From IMG/VR virus record IMGVR_UViG_3300009537_000089, positions 1 through 33,297 of that record: 33,297 nucleotides of DNA. One strand, 5' to 3'. Shown one piece after another: positions 17,532 through 24,865 of this stretch. A program made the translations under genes and the position numbers. The notes beneath the pieces are model-generated. The model saw only the letters and a program-made list of their open reading frames with translations. It had not been told where the DNA came from and made no database searches. This DNA comes from a virus. How positions within the stretch are numbered: the first letter of the stretch is position 1; each line of letters begins with the position of its first letter.

Positions 17532-18084
17532 TTATAATTTTATATAAAGCCTTGTTAATATCAACATCGTGCTTTTTTAATATTTTTTTAATTTGTATTA
17601 TTTGTGTTTCTTTTAATATAAAAGTAATTTGCTTTAAACCTTTTAACTCCTTTGGCACTGTTTCCTTAAACGCGTCCGCCCAATCATCGTCAGTTGGCTT
17701 ATCACCAAATATGTTGGCTAATTCAAGCTTATCCCAACCACTATCAGCTAATAAGTTTTTATCAAACAATTTAAGTAATTCGTCACTAAAACCACCCTCA
17801 ATAGTGCTTTTATTATCGGTTAATAAATATTCCTCTTTTTCTTTTTCGCTTAAACCAGTAACTTTATTAACCATAATATCTTTAACACCTAACGCTTTTA
17901 ATGCTTTTAAACGCCCGTGGCCACCTAAAATGACATTATTTTCGTCAACTATTATTTTGGCAAGGTAACCACTCCTATTTATACTGCCTTTTATTAAATC
18001 AACATTGTGCAACTTAGGATTTTTAGGGTGTAATTTTAATTTACTAATATCAATTTGTATAAATTTGTCTTTGACTTTTTTCAT
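17488..18084 (-). CDS. ParB-like (ParB/Srx N-terminal) domain protein (198 aa)
   Basis: IDISKLKLHPKNPKLHN...INRSGYLAKIIVDENNVILGGHGRLKALKALG matches the ParB-like nuclease-domain signature. Confidence 0.75.
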   Translation of the reverse strand: MKKVKDKFIQIDISKLKLHPKNPKLHNVDLIKGSINRSGYLAKIIVDENNVILGGHGRLKALKALGVKDIMVNKVTGLSEKEKEEYLLTDNKSTIEGGFSDELLKLFDKNLLADSGWDKLELANIFGDKPTDDDWADAFKETVPKELKGLKQITFILKETQIIQIKKILKKHDVDINKALYKIIIDYDNTASNQTTSV

Positions 18085-18102
18085 ATTTTATGTTATAGTA
18101 AC

Positions 18103-18183
18103 CACTTCCCCACTACTCTTCCCCTGTAAAAACAGCCTTGACAAGCGTGGTCAGCAATAGGGGAGGAGTAGAGTAGGGGAGTG
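18103..18183. repeat. Imperfect inverted repeat: pyrimidine-rich 23-nt arm and purine-rich 25-nt arm around a 33-nt spacer
   Basis: cacttccccactactcttcccct (18103..18125) pairs with aggggaggagtagagtaggggagtg (18159..18183). There is a 13-bp core stem plus CCCC/GGGG and CACT/AGTG segments. It fills the gap upstream of the ParB-like gene. Confidence 0.8.
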
Positions 18184-18291
18184 CTAAAACGCCATATTAA
18201 GCATTTTAAGCACTATTGCAATAATAATTAGTATAAATAATATTATAAGCTTATATACAACCAACCTAACAAGCCTATCCTCACTAAACAT
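18184..18291 (-). CDS. Possible 35-aa single-pass membrane peptide
   Basis: ATG at 18291 lies 1 nt after the stop of the upstream gene. Sequence MFSEDRLVRLVVYKLIILFILIIIAIVLKMLNMAF has one hydrophobic helix. No other support. Confidence 0.25.
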   Translation of the reverse strand: MFSEDRLVRLVVYKLIILFILIIIAIVLKMLNMAF

Positions 18292-18292
18292 A

Positions 18293-18742
18293 TTACTTTT
18301 TTTTATTAAGTTTAGCCAGCCATATTTTAAACCAGTTTGGCTTGTTTTTAAGCACTTTAACCTCAAGTTTAATAAGCGCTTGCGTTAGCTTAACATAATT
18401 GTTAATACTCATTTGCTTATGGTCAAAGCCAAATAGCTTTAACTCATATTTTTTAATATTAGCAATTTGCTTTTGCTCAGCGTCAAAAAAGTCCCACACT
18501 TGCGGATATTTTTGACTTAAAATGTCAGCAGCTTGGTTGTTACGCGCGCCAAGCAACCTAACTTCTTCCCAAAGGAATTTTTGTTTAAATAACTGCTTTT
18601 TGCCGTCCCGTTTAACCTCCATTGTGTCCTCGCCGTGTTGGTCTTGGGCGGTTTTAATGTTTTCGTCTAAAAGCTTTTGGGTCGCGTGTAAATCGTCATA
18701 AAGCTTAAAAAGCTTGTCTAATTTTTGTTGTGATAAACGCAT
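18293..18742 (-). CDS. Hypothetical protein (149 aa)
   Basis: Intact ORF with helical, charged composition. No recognisable motif. Confidence 0.55.
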   Translation of the reverse strand: MRLSQQKLDKLFKLYDDLHATQKLLDENIKTAQDQHGEDTMEVKRDGKKQLFKQKFLWEEVRLLGARNNQAADILSQKYPQVWDFFDAEQKQIANIKKYELKLFGFDHKQMSINNYVKLTQALIKLEVKVLKNKPNWFKIWLAKLNKKK

Positions 18743-18759
18743 AAGGTTTATATTAATAA

Positions 18760-19023
18760 TTAATTAAAAATTGATATGTTTTCAAAATCTAATACTGGCA
18801 AATCTATTTCATAAACTTTCCTTTTCCCTAAATAAACAGCTTTAACGATTACATAATTTATTTTTTTAAATTCGTCTCGTGTATATCTAAACTTGCCATA
18901 TTCTTTATGTTCAACAATTTTCCAGCCTCTACTCATAAAATCTTTTTCCAACTCTTTTTCTATTGTCTTTTTACTGCCACTCCACACAAAAATAAATTTT
19001 CTTATTTTTCTTTGTTTTTTCAT
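18760..19023 (-). CDS. Hypothetical protein (87 aa from ATG 19023; the track gives 102 aa from 19068)
   Basis: The ATG at 19023 (MKKQRKIRKF...) avoids the 41-nt overlap with the glycosyltransferase gene. Confidence 0.5.
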   Translation of the reverse strand: MKKQRKIRKFIFVWSGSKKTIEKELEKDFMSRGWKIVEHKEYGKFRYTRDEFKKINYVIVKAVYLGKRKVYEIDLPVLDFENISIFN

Positions 19024-19027
19024 AACT

Positions 19028-20656
19028 TTATTTAGTAGCGCGGGTGTGTATAATCCTTTTGCCGTCAAAAATATACCTAAACCCGTCTAAATATATAATT
19101 TGTTCAAGGTCGTGTTTTATAAATAACAGCTTTAAAAACTCCTCGCGTTGCCTTAACGCCCTGTATTTAACATCGCCAGTTGATTTGTGTATAGCATTAA
19201 CATCACGCGTATAAGCTATTTTCCAATCAAGCTCCTTAAACCTTAAATAAAAGTCAGTGTGTTCACCACTTATTTTAAACTGGTTATCAAACTGTATATC
19301 ATTAAAAACTTCACGCCTAAACAAAGCAAAATTTAAAATACATTCAGTTAGCTTATATTTTAAGCCCTTATCAACCTTAATCCACTTATTGCCGTCGCTT
19401 TTATGGTATAACCTTTTGCCACGCCTCCACCACTTATGTTCATAGTGCATTTCGTTTTGGCCGTCAAATAACAACCCGCCAACAACACCAATATCTTCGT
19501 TATGCTCCAATACTTGAATAAATTTACTAATATCAGTATTTTCCGTAAATATAAAATCGTCATCAATTAACAATACATAAGGCCGTCTGCACTTTTCTAT
19601 TAAAAAATTACGGCACTCGGCAAGCCCTGTATCATAAGGCATATTATAACAAACAGGGTTCTTTTTTAAACCACGCTTGTTTAGGCGTTGCCATAAATCA
19701 ACATAGTAATTATAATCAAACCCCTCATCATCGTCAGCAAACATAATATTGGCCATAGGGTAGCGTTTAGCAATACTAAACAAAAGCTTTTCAACACTTT
19801 CCCGTCGCTTCATTGTTTTAAATATAATATCAATATCTTGCATTTCGCTACTATCAAAAATATCAACACGCCCTTGCATATCGACAACAGTGTGTATACC
19901 AAACCGCTCATAAAACCTTTTGCGGTCGCTTTTACGCGTCCTGTAATATAAATAGTTGCTATAACTTTGCCTGTTTTTAATTTGTATAGCTGGTTTATGC
20001 TCAACAATACAATCAGGCGTAAACGCTACTTTATAACCAGCGCGCTTAAAATCAATAAAAAAACTACTATGCTCATAAGCTACCTTGATTTGTTCGTCCC
20101 ACGGCACTTTTTTAACAGCCTTAGTCCTAGCTATAAAAAAATTAAAAGTAATATCGCAAGGCTTATACTTAAACCCTTTGTAGCTATTATAGCCGTTAAG
20201 TTCAAGCGGTGTGTAAACAAACCTATGCGGGTCGCGGTCGTTAATAAGCCCTTGATAATTTTTAATTACCTCACCCTCAATAATGCGCCCACCAATTAAA
20301 TCAAAGCCCCTATTGTTATCCAAAAAATTAACCATTTTGTCAATGTTTGCCTGTATACTATATTTAAAATCGTCATCACCAATAAGCAAATATTTTGTTT
20401 TAACCTTTTGCACTAACGCATTACGGCCAACACAAAGCCCACTATCATAAGGCAAAAAATGGACTTGGTGTCCAAGCTTTTCAACCTTTTTATAAAAATT
20501 ACGCTTTTCAAGTGGCATATCCTTTTTAGGGTTTTCGTAGCTATCATCAGCTATAAGTATTTTAATGTCAGGATAAACTTCAAGTAAACTATCAACGCAA
20601 GTATATAAATACTCATCGCGTAAAAATGTTTTAATTATTGCGGTAACATTCTTCAT
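19028..20656 (-). CDS. Tandem two-domain family-2 (GT-A) glycosyltransferase (542 aa)
   Basis: Two repeats of the GT2 signature: AIIKTFLRDEYL...ILIADDS...LLIGDDDF and IIFKTMKRRESV...IMFADDDEG...VLLIDDDF (DxD motifs). Confidence 0.8.
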   Translation of the reverse strand: MKNVTAIIKTFLRDEYLYTCVDSLLEVYPDIKILIADDSYENPKKDMPLEKRNFYKKVEKLGHQVHFLPYDSGLCVGRNALVQKVKTKYLLIGDDDFKYSIQANIDKMVNFLDNNRGFDLIGGRIIEGEVIKNYQGLINDRDPHRFVYTPLELNGYNSYKGFKYKPCDITFNFFIARTKAVKKVPWDEQIKVAYEHSSFFIDFKRAGYKVAFTPDCIVEHKPAIQIKNRQSYSNYLYYRTRKSDRKRFYERFGIHTVVDMQGRVDIFDSSEMQDIDIIFKTMKRRESVEKLLFSIAKRYPMANIMFADDDEGFDYNYYVDLWQRLNKRGLKKNPVCYNMPYDTGLAECRNFLIEKCRRPYVLLIDDDFIFTENTDISKFIQVLEHNEDIGVVGGLLFDGQNEMHYEHKWWRRGKRLYHKSDGNKWIKVDKGLKYKLTECILNFALFRREVFNDIQFDNQFKISGEHTDFYLRFKELDWKIAYTRDVNAIHKSTGDVKYRALRQREEFLKLLFIKHDLEQIIYLDGFRYIFDGKRIIHTRATK

Positions 20657-21213
20657 TTTTTAGGTTTTAATTTTTTAGCTATAACGCGTATAACAAGCGG
20701 GTTTTCACTTTTATAAACGGCCATATCGCGTCCCTGTTTGAAGTATAATATCTTAAAATTATTTTTAATTAACTGATGTAAAAGCCAATTCCCTCTAATA
20801 TAATTGCGGTCGTGGTTAGGCCAAATCAACGGCTTATCACCTAACGCCCGTGCCTCTGCCATAAAATAACCTTGGCTTTTTTCAATTAAGTATTTAATTT
20901 CCTTATTACTAATAGCGTGCAAGAAAAAACGGCTATAAACAACCTTGCCCCCGTCCCACTGTATATCAGGGCTACTAAAACTACTTTTATAAAAATAACA
21001 TTTGTGCGCATTTTCAGGTTTAATAGCGCTATCAATACCAATAACAGTGTGTCCGCTTTTAGCAAAGTAATAACTATCACGGCCATTACCGCAACCAAAG
21101 TCAATAATTGTTTTGCGCTTTTTAAGGTAGTGTGTTTGGCAAAACTCCGCAAAATCACTTGGCGCGCTTATATGCGGTTTTTTATAAAACGCGTCCCAAT
21201 ATTTTTTATTCAT
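20653..21213 (-). CDS. Class I SAM-dependent methyltransferase (186 aa from ATG 21213)
   Basis: Motif I IIDFGCGNGRDSYYFAKSGHTVIGID. The start at 21213 (MNKKYW...) is preferred because the longer ORF runs deep into the LicD-like gene. Confidence 0.75.
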   Translation of the reverse strand: MNKKYWDAFYKKPHISAPSDFAEFCQTHYLKKRKTIIDFGCGNGRDSYYFAKSGHTVIGIDSAIKPENAHKCYFYKSSFSSPDIQWDGGKVVYSRFFLHAISNKEIKYLIEKSQGYFMAEARALGDKPLIWPNHDRNYIRGNWLLHQLIKNNFKILYFKQGRDMAVYKSENPLVIRVIAKKLKPKK

Positions 21214-21781
21214 AAACCATTTTAATTTTTTTAATAAAACTTTTATCAATGGCTGGGCTACTACTGTCCCAACGCCAGTTTTTGTCAGGTAAACGCCAAG
21301 TCTTGCCATACCATAACTCAACATAACGCTCATATTGCTTTGGCACTTTAAACAAATTGCCACCTAAATTAGACAATACTTGCTCATCAAATAAATCTGC
21401 TGGGAATACCATAGGTATAATATCTTTTAAACCATTACGGCCACCATTAGCCCAAACAGCATTCCAGCGTTTATTACCAAGCTTATAATGCAAAAACAGG
21501 TCAATCTTAACGCCATAACGCGCAAAAGCTATTTCCATTCCGCAAGCACGGCTACCAAATATATGGCGCACACCAAACCCAGCTTCAAACATTTTGTTTA
21601 ATAACCTAAAATCAAAATGCTCCTCGTTAATACCAATATCAATATCCAAATCGTGACCAATAAAATTGCCCTCGCGCACTGCGCCTAAACAAGTGCCAGC
21701 CTCAAGCCAATAAGGCGTTTTGTAATCTTCTAATACTTCAGTAAAGTCAATTAGATTTTTTAATGCGTCTTTTTGGTTCAT
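21206..21781 (-). CDS. LicD-family (fukutin-like) phosphotransferase candidate (191 aa from ATG 21781)
   Basis: YWLEAGTCLGAVREGNFIGHDLDIDIGI matches the LicD GT(L)LGAVR...D-x-D motif. The longer ORF start would include the upstream terminator hairpin. Confidence 0.65.
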   Translation of the reverse strand: MNQKDALKNLIDFTEVLEDYKTPYWLEAGTCLGAVREGNFIGHDLDIDIGINEEHFDFRLLNKMFEAGFGVRHIFGSRACGMEIAFARYGVKIDLFLHYKLGNKRWNAVWANGGRNGLKDIIPMVFPADLFDEQVLSNLGGNLFKVPKQYERYVELWYGKTWRLPDKNWRWDSSSPAIDKSFIKKIKMVYE

Positions 21782-21804
21782 TTGTTTTAATGTTAATGTT
21801 TTGT

Positions 21805-21826
21805 AAAAAAGTCCCGCAGTGCGGAC
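21805..21826 (-). terminator. Intrinsic terminator (short GC stem + U6)
   Basis: Minus strand reads GTCCGCACTGCGGGAC-TTTTTTAC: GTCC/GGAC plus GC/GC pairs with one bulged G. Lies between the stop of the 95-aa gene and the LicD-like start. Confidence 0.55.
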
Positions 21827-21867
21827 ACCTAGCAAGCACTGTTTCAGCATTACAGGTTTTGCACTTT

Positions 21868-22155
21868 TTAAATTTGCTTTTCTTTTTTTCTCGTTTTTTC
21901 ATATTTGCGTAATAAATAAATTACTGAGTTAGTTGATTTATAATCAAAGTGTTTCATAATTTCCCTAAAACTATATCCCTCTTGACGCATAAGCATAGCT
22001 AACCGCGCTTTTTTATTAACGGCTAACTCGTTATGTCTATATGGTGGTTTAATTGTTCCTTTGCCTTTGCAAAAAGGACAAGTTATAAACCGAATATTTT
22101 TATTAGCATTCTCTGCCATAAGGTAAAATTTATCTTTGGTATAAAATACTTGCAC
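21868..22155 (-). CDS. Zinc-finger + helix-turn-helix protein, possible transcription regulator (95 aa; alternative start 22119)
   Basis: CPFCKGKG followed by ...EGYSFREIMKHFDYKSTNSVIYLLRKY (HTH-like). Last gene before the terminator. Confidence 0.45.
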   Translation of the reverse strand: MQVFYTKDKFYLMAENANKNIRFITCPFCKGKGTIKPPYRHNELAVNKKARLAMLMRQEGYSFREIMKHFDYKSTNSVIYLLRKYEKTRKKEKQI

Positions 22156-22334
22156 TTATTGTTTTTGTTGCGCCTTTCAATAATAACTGTTTGTGCTATA
22201 TCCTCAACCCTATCGCCTAAAATTCCGTTATAACAACAAAACAATTTGCCCTCCCGCCACAAAAAATTACAATCCTTGCAGTATACTGGTTTAAGTCTTG
22301 CCGTAAATTTTACGGTCTTTTGGTTTGCCCCCAT
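22083..22334 (-). CDS. Cys-rich small protein (83 aa), uncertain
   Basis: CKDC...CC pattern. Overlaps both neighbours (44 and 37-73 nt), so its boundaries and reality are uncertain. Confidence 0.3.
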   Translation of the reverse strand: MGANQKTVKFTARLKPVYCKDCNFLWREGKLFCCYNGILGDRVEDIAQTVIIERRNKNNKCKYFIPKINFTLWQRMLIKIFGL

Positions 22335-22635
22335 AATGTTTATTTAAAATATTTTTTAGCTTAATCCAATCAAACTTAGGGTATTTAGCAAAATCTTCCA
22401 GCGTAGCCCTGTTAATAGCAACCCACCTGTTATAATTTTTTACTAAGCCCTTGTCCCTATGGTGATAAGTGCAAACTGGCACAATAGCCCACTTTTCATT
22501 AATTTGCTTGCCAGCATAGGTAAACGCGTGCTCCCACTCAACACGGCCAGCGCAGTCGTTATTATCCCAAATACATATTTTATAAAACGGGTCAGCTAGT
22601 ATTTCGCTTTTTACTTTTGGTGGTATTGGTCGCAT
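22291..22635 (-). CDS. His-Me finger / HNH-like nuclease candidate (NinG/YbcO-like) (114 aa)
   Basis: CIWDNNDCAGRVEWEHAF...IVPVCTYHH shows a Cys/His arrangement reminiscent of phage His-Me finger nucleases. Weak call. Confidence 0.35.
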   Translation of the reverse strand: MRPIPPKVKSEILADPFYKICIWDNNDCAGRVEWEHAFTYAGKQINEKWAIVPVCTYHHRDKGLVKNYNRWVAINRATLEDFAKYPKFDWIKLKNILNKHYGGKPKDRKIYGKT

Positions 22636-22768
22636 TACGCCTTTTGATTAAATATTTTTTAACTGTATATAAGTAATTACTAATAGTATCACAACTGTTA
22701 TCGTCGTGTATATTGAGCAATTTGCCAAAGGTAATTTGCTCATTGAATAGGTCTTTTTTGCGTTTCAT
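22592..22768 (-). CDS. Doubtful small ORF (58 aa from ATG 22768)
   Basis: It would fill the 104-nt gap between the 178-aa and 114-aa genes but overlaps both. No motif. Confidence 0.2.
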   Translation of the reverse strand: MKRKKDLFNEQITFGKLLNIHDDNSCDTISNYLYTVKKYLIKRRNATNTTKSKKRNTS

Positions 22769-23276
22769 ACTCAGGCGCGTGCAGTTTGTTAGCCATAAAG
22801 CGTTCACCCTCCTTAACCTTAATGGCGCTTTGTATAAAGCTTATCATTTTTTCGCAAGCGTTGGCAATATTTTCATAGTTGTTTTTTTCATTATCTTTTA
22901 ATATAACAACCTCTTTTAATTCAGCTAAATCCCGTTTAGCTTGCGCCCTAGCCAATGTAATTTTTTCATCGCCATTATGATAATTTTCAACTGTTTTGGT
23001 GTTTATAAGCTCATCAACCCTTTGTTCGCATAAATCACGCTCAGCCCGCTTTTGGCTCACCTTATTACCTAAATAAGAATAAGCCCCAGCTAAACGCCCA
23101 CCAGTTTGCAATAACCATTGGTGGCCTGTTTTATCTAAGTTAATACTAAATAAGTCCTTGCCAACCTTAAATACATAATCAACCATTTGGTCATTCTTCC
23201 TAAAATCGGCCTCGCTAGTAATTTTATCGTAGCTAGCTTCAATTTTGTTTTTATAATCTGTTAAAATTTGGCTCAT
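22740..23276 (-). CDS. Hypothetical early protein (178 aa)
   Basis: Intact ORF, helical, ends with TGA. No recognisable motif. Confidence 0.55.
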   Translation of the reverse strand: MSQILTDYKNKIEASYDKITSEADFRKNDQMVDYVFKVGKDLFSINLDKTGHQWLLQTGGRLAGAYSYLGNKVSQKRAERDLCEQRVDELINTKTVENYHNGDEKITLARAQAKRDLAELKEVVILKDNEKNNYENIANACEKMISFIQSAIKVKEGERFMANKLHAPEYETQKRPIQ

Positions 23277-23300
23277 ATAATAATAGTTATTTTTTAGTTA

Positions 23301-23320
23301 GGGGGACTATTTTGTCCCCC
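23301..23320 (-). other. Perfect 7-bp GC hairpin spanning a stop codon
   Basis: GGGGGAC-N6-GTCCCCC. It includes the TAG of the 63-aa gene. No U tract follows on the minus strand. Confidence 0.5.
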
Positions 23321-23498
23321 TTTCGCCGTATTCATTTGGCATCTCTGCGTCCAGTTTTTCCAGTTCCTTTTGGTAGCAAGCTGGACAAATCCCGTGTGTT
23401 GTTTTCATTTCATCAGCTTCATATTCAACACAATCCTTTTTGCCTAACTGCTTTAAACACCAAGCGCAAGCCTCAAACAGTTCAGTAAATTTAGGCAA
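23307..23498 (-). CDS. Zinc-ribbon protein (63 aa), TTG start with perfect Shine-Dalgarno
   Basis: CAWC...CPAC. Upstream reads AGGAGG-ttaaa-TTG (SD at 23504..23509). Confidence 0.6.
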   Translation of the reverse strand: MPKFTELFEACAWCLKQLGKKDCVEYEADEMKTTHGICPACYQKELEKLDAEMPNEYGERGTK

Positions 23499-23577
23499 TT
23501 TAACCTCCTATTTAATAATCCAGCAAATAAATTTGCGGTAAACCTTTTTTACTTTTCTTTTGTTAAACATTTTTTTG

Positions 23578-24048
23578 TTATTTAATTCTTAATGTTGTGC
23601 TTGTTTCTAACCTAGCGCCCTCAATAGTGCAATTACGCAAAGCTTCTTTTAATAGCTTTTTATCAATACTATTAACCTCTTTTGTTATCCAATAATCTGC
23701 TGGCACTAAAGCTTCATTTTCAATAACAACCCTAGGCGGTGTTTTAGCTACTGTTAATTTAAACTTAGGCAAGCCAAGTGTTTTAAGTCCAGCGTCCTCC
23801 ATTGCATTTTTAATTAACTCTTTTATAGTGGATACTTGTTTGTTGCGCGCGTCTTTTAACGCTTGCAACCGCTCAATTTCAGCGTCAACGCCTTGGTTAA
23901 ACAATTCAATATTTTTACAAGCTTTTAACAACTCATCGCTTTTATCAGCTAAATTAAGTTTTAACTGGCCTAATAAGTAATCGCGTTGTTCTTCATCTTT
24001 TAAATCCAACGCTTTTTTAACTTCTTTGTTAATTTCGTAAATTTGCAT
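23578..24048 (-). CDS. Siphovirus Gp157-like protein (156 aa)
   Basis: Coiled N-terminus and C-terminal ...KTPPRVVIENEALVPADYW pattern typical of Gp157-family proteins, which accompany phage recombinases. Confidence 0.55.
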   Translation of the reverse strand: MQIYEINKEVKKALDLKDEEQRDYLLGQLKLNLADKSDELLKACKNIELFNQGVDAEIERLQALKDARNKQVSTIKELIKNAMEDAGLKTLGLPKFKLTVAKTPPRVVIENEALVPADYWITKEVNSIDKKLLKEALRNCTIEGARLETSTTLRIK

Positions 24049-24067
24049 ATTTTTTACATTTTAATAA

Positions 24068-24865
24068 TTAAACTGACCTAGGCACTGGCCTTTTGGTAGT
24101 TTTAAACGGCACTTGCTCTTTGGCAAGTTTTTCATTCCGTTTATTTATAATTTCACTTTTTTTAGCTTTACTTAATGGAGCACATTTAGCGCACTCTTTT
24201 AAAAACCTTTTATCCGTTTCAACTGTTTTGTGGCACACACGGCAAGTTATGCGGTATTGTTGGCTTTCGCTTTTTTTTTGTTCATAAACCGCCTCAGTTG
24301 GGTTTTCTAGTTCCTTATATTCCAAAGGCGCATAAACATCACTGGCTAGGCCTAACTGATAAGCACAACGCTTTAAACAATCAGTGGCTGCACTTTTGTA
24401 ATCATTACCAATGCTTAATGGTGTGCTAGTGCCTTTTGTGTTTTGTATTTCCTTTTTACCAAAATCTTCTTTTATAATCATAACTGCGCCGTCTTTATTA
24501 CAAATAGTTAAACGGCCTTGCACTATAACCTCATTATCTTCCCTAAACTTGTCAACAATAGTAAAGTTCCAAGCCCAACCAAAAATTTGGTTTAAACGCT
24601 TTTTAACATAACCACCACTAACATAAGTCCAAGGTTTACTGCCACCTTTTGCTGGCCTGTTATATTTATAAACCTCAGGTGTTTTACTTAATAGCGCAAC
24701 AATTTGGTTTACGCTAATTGCTGGGTCTTGTATCTTGCCAGCTTGTTTGCCAATGCTTTTGTCTTCTTCTATTACCTCTAAATACTGCACTGGCTTTTCT
24801 TTTTTAGCCTTTTTAGGCTTGGTTGTTTTTTTAGGCTTAACTGCCTTAGTTGTTTTTTTTGCCAT
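24068..24865 (-). CDS. Rad52/Sak-like single-strand annealing protein with C-terminal zinc ribbon (265 aa)
   Basis: ...WTYVSGGYVKKRLNQIFG..W...GRLTI...GNDYKSAATDCLKRCAYQLGLASDVY is the Rad52-type core. C-terminus has CRVC...CAKC. Confidence 0.65.
   Translation of the reverse strand: MAKKTTKAVKPKKTTKPKKAKKEKPVQYLEVIEEDKSIGKQAGKIQDPAISVNQIVALLSKTPEVYKYNRPAKGGSKPWTYVSGGYVKKRLNQIFGWAWNFTIVDKFREDNEVIVQGRLTICNKDGAVMIIKEDFGKKEIQNTKGTSTPLSIGNDYKSAATDCLKRCAYQLGLASDVYAPLEYKELENPTEAVYEQKKSESQQYRITCRVCHKTVETDKRFLKECAKCAPLSKAKKSEIINKRNEKLAKEQVPFKTTKRPVPRSV

Noticed and set aside
18103-18183. Possible tRNA or known ribozyme in the pyrimidine/purine inverted repeat
   Set aside because: It is a single long stem with a 33-nt loop. 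No cloverleaf can be drawn, and I could not find hammerhead-type CUGANGA...GAAA cores. It is kept only as an unexplained inverted repeat.
17488-22635. Three identical 44-nt gene overlaps (17488..17531, 22291..22334, 22592..22635) as a possible programmed recoding signature
   Set aside because: The ORF track always takes the most upstream start. Two of the three involve doubtful ORFs, and no slippery heptamer was seen in the overlaps. The identical length is most likely coincidence.
22740-22742. Alternative genetic code (TGA as sense), suggested by the AT-rich, SD-poor genome
   Set aside because: All long, motif-supported genes are intact under the standard code with no in-frame TGA. TGA ends the 178-aa gene, TAA follows 14 codons later if it is read through, and Trp is encoded by TGG throughout. 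There is no evidence for recoding.
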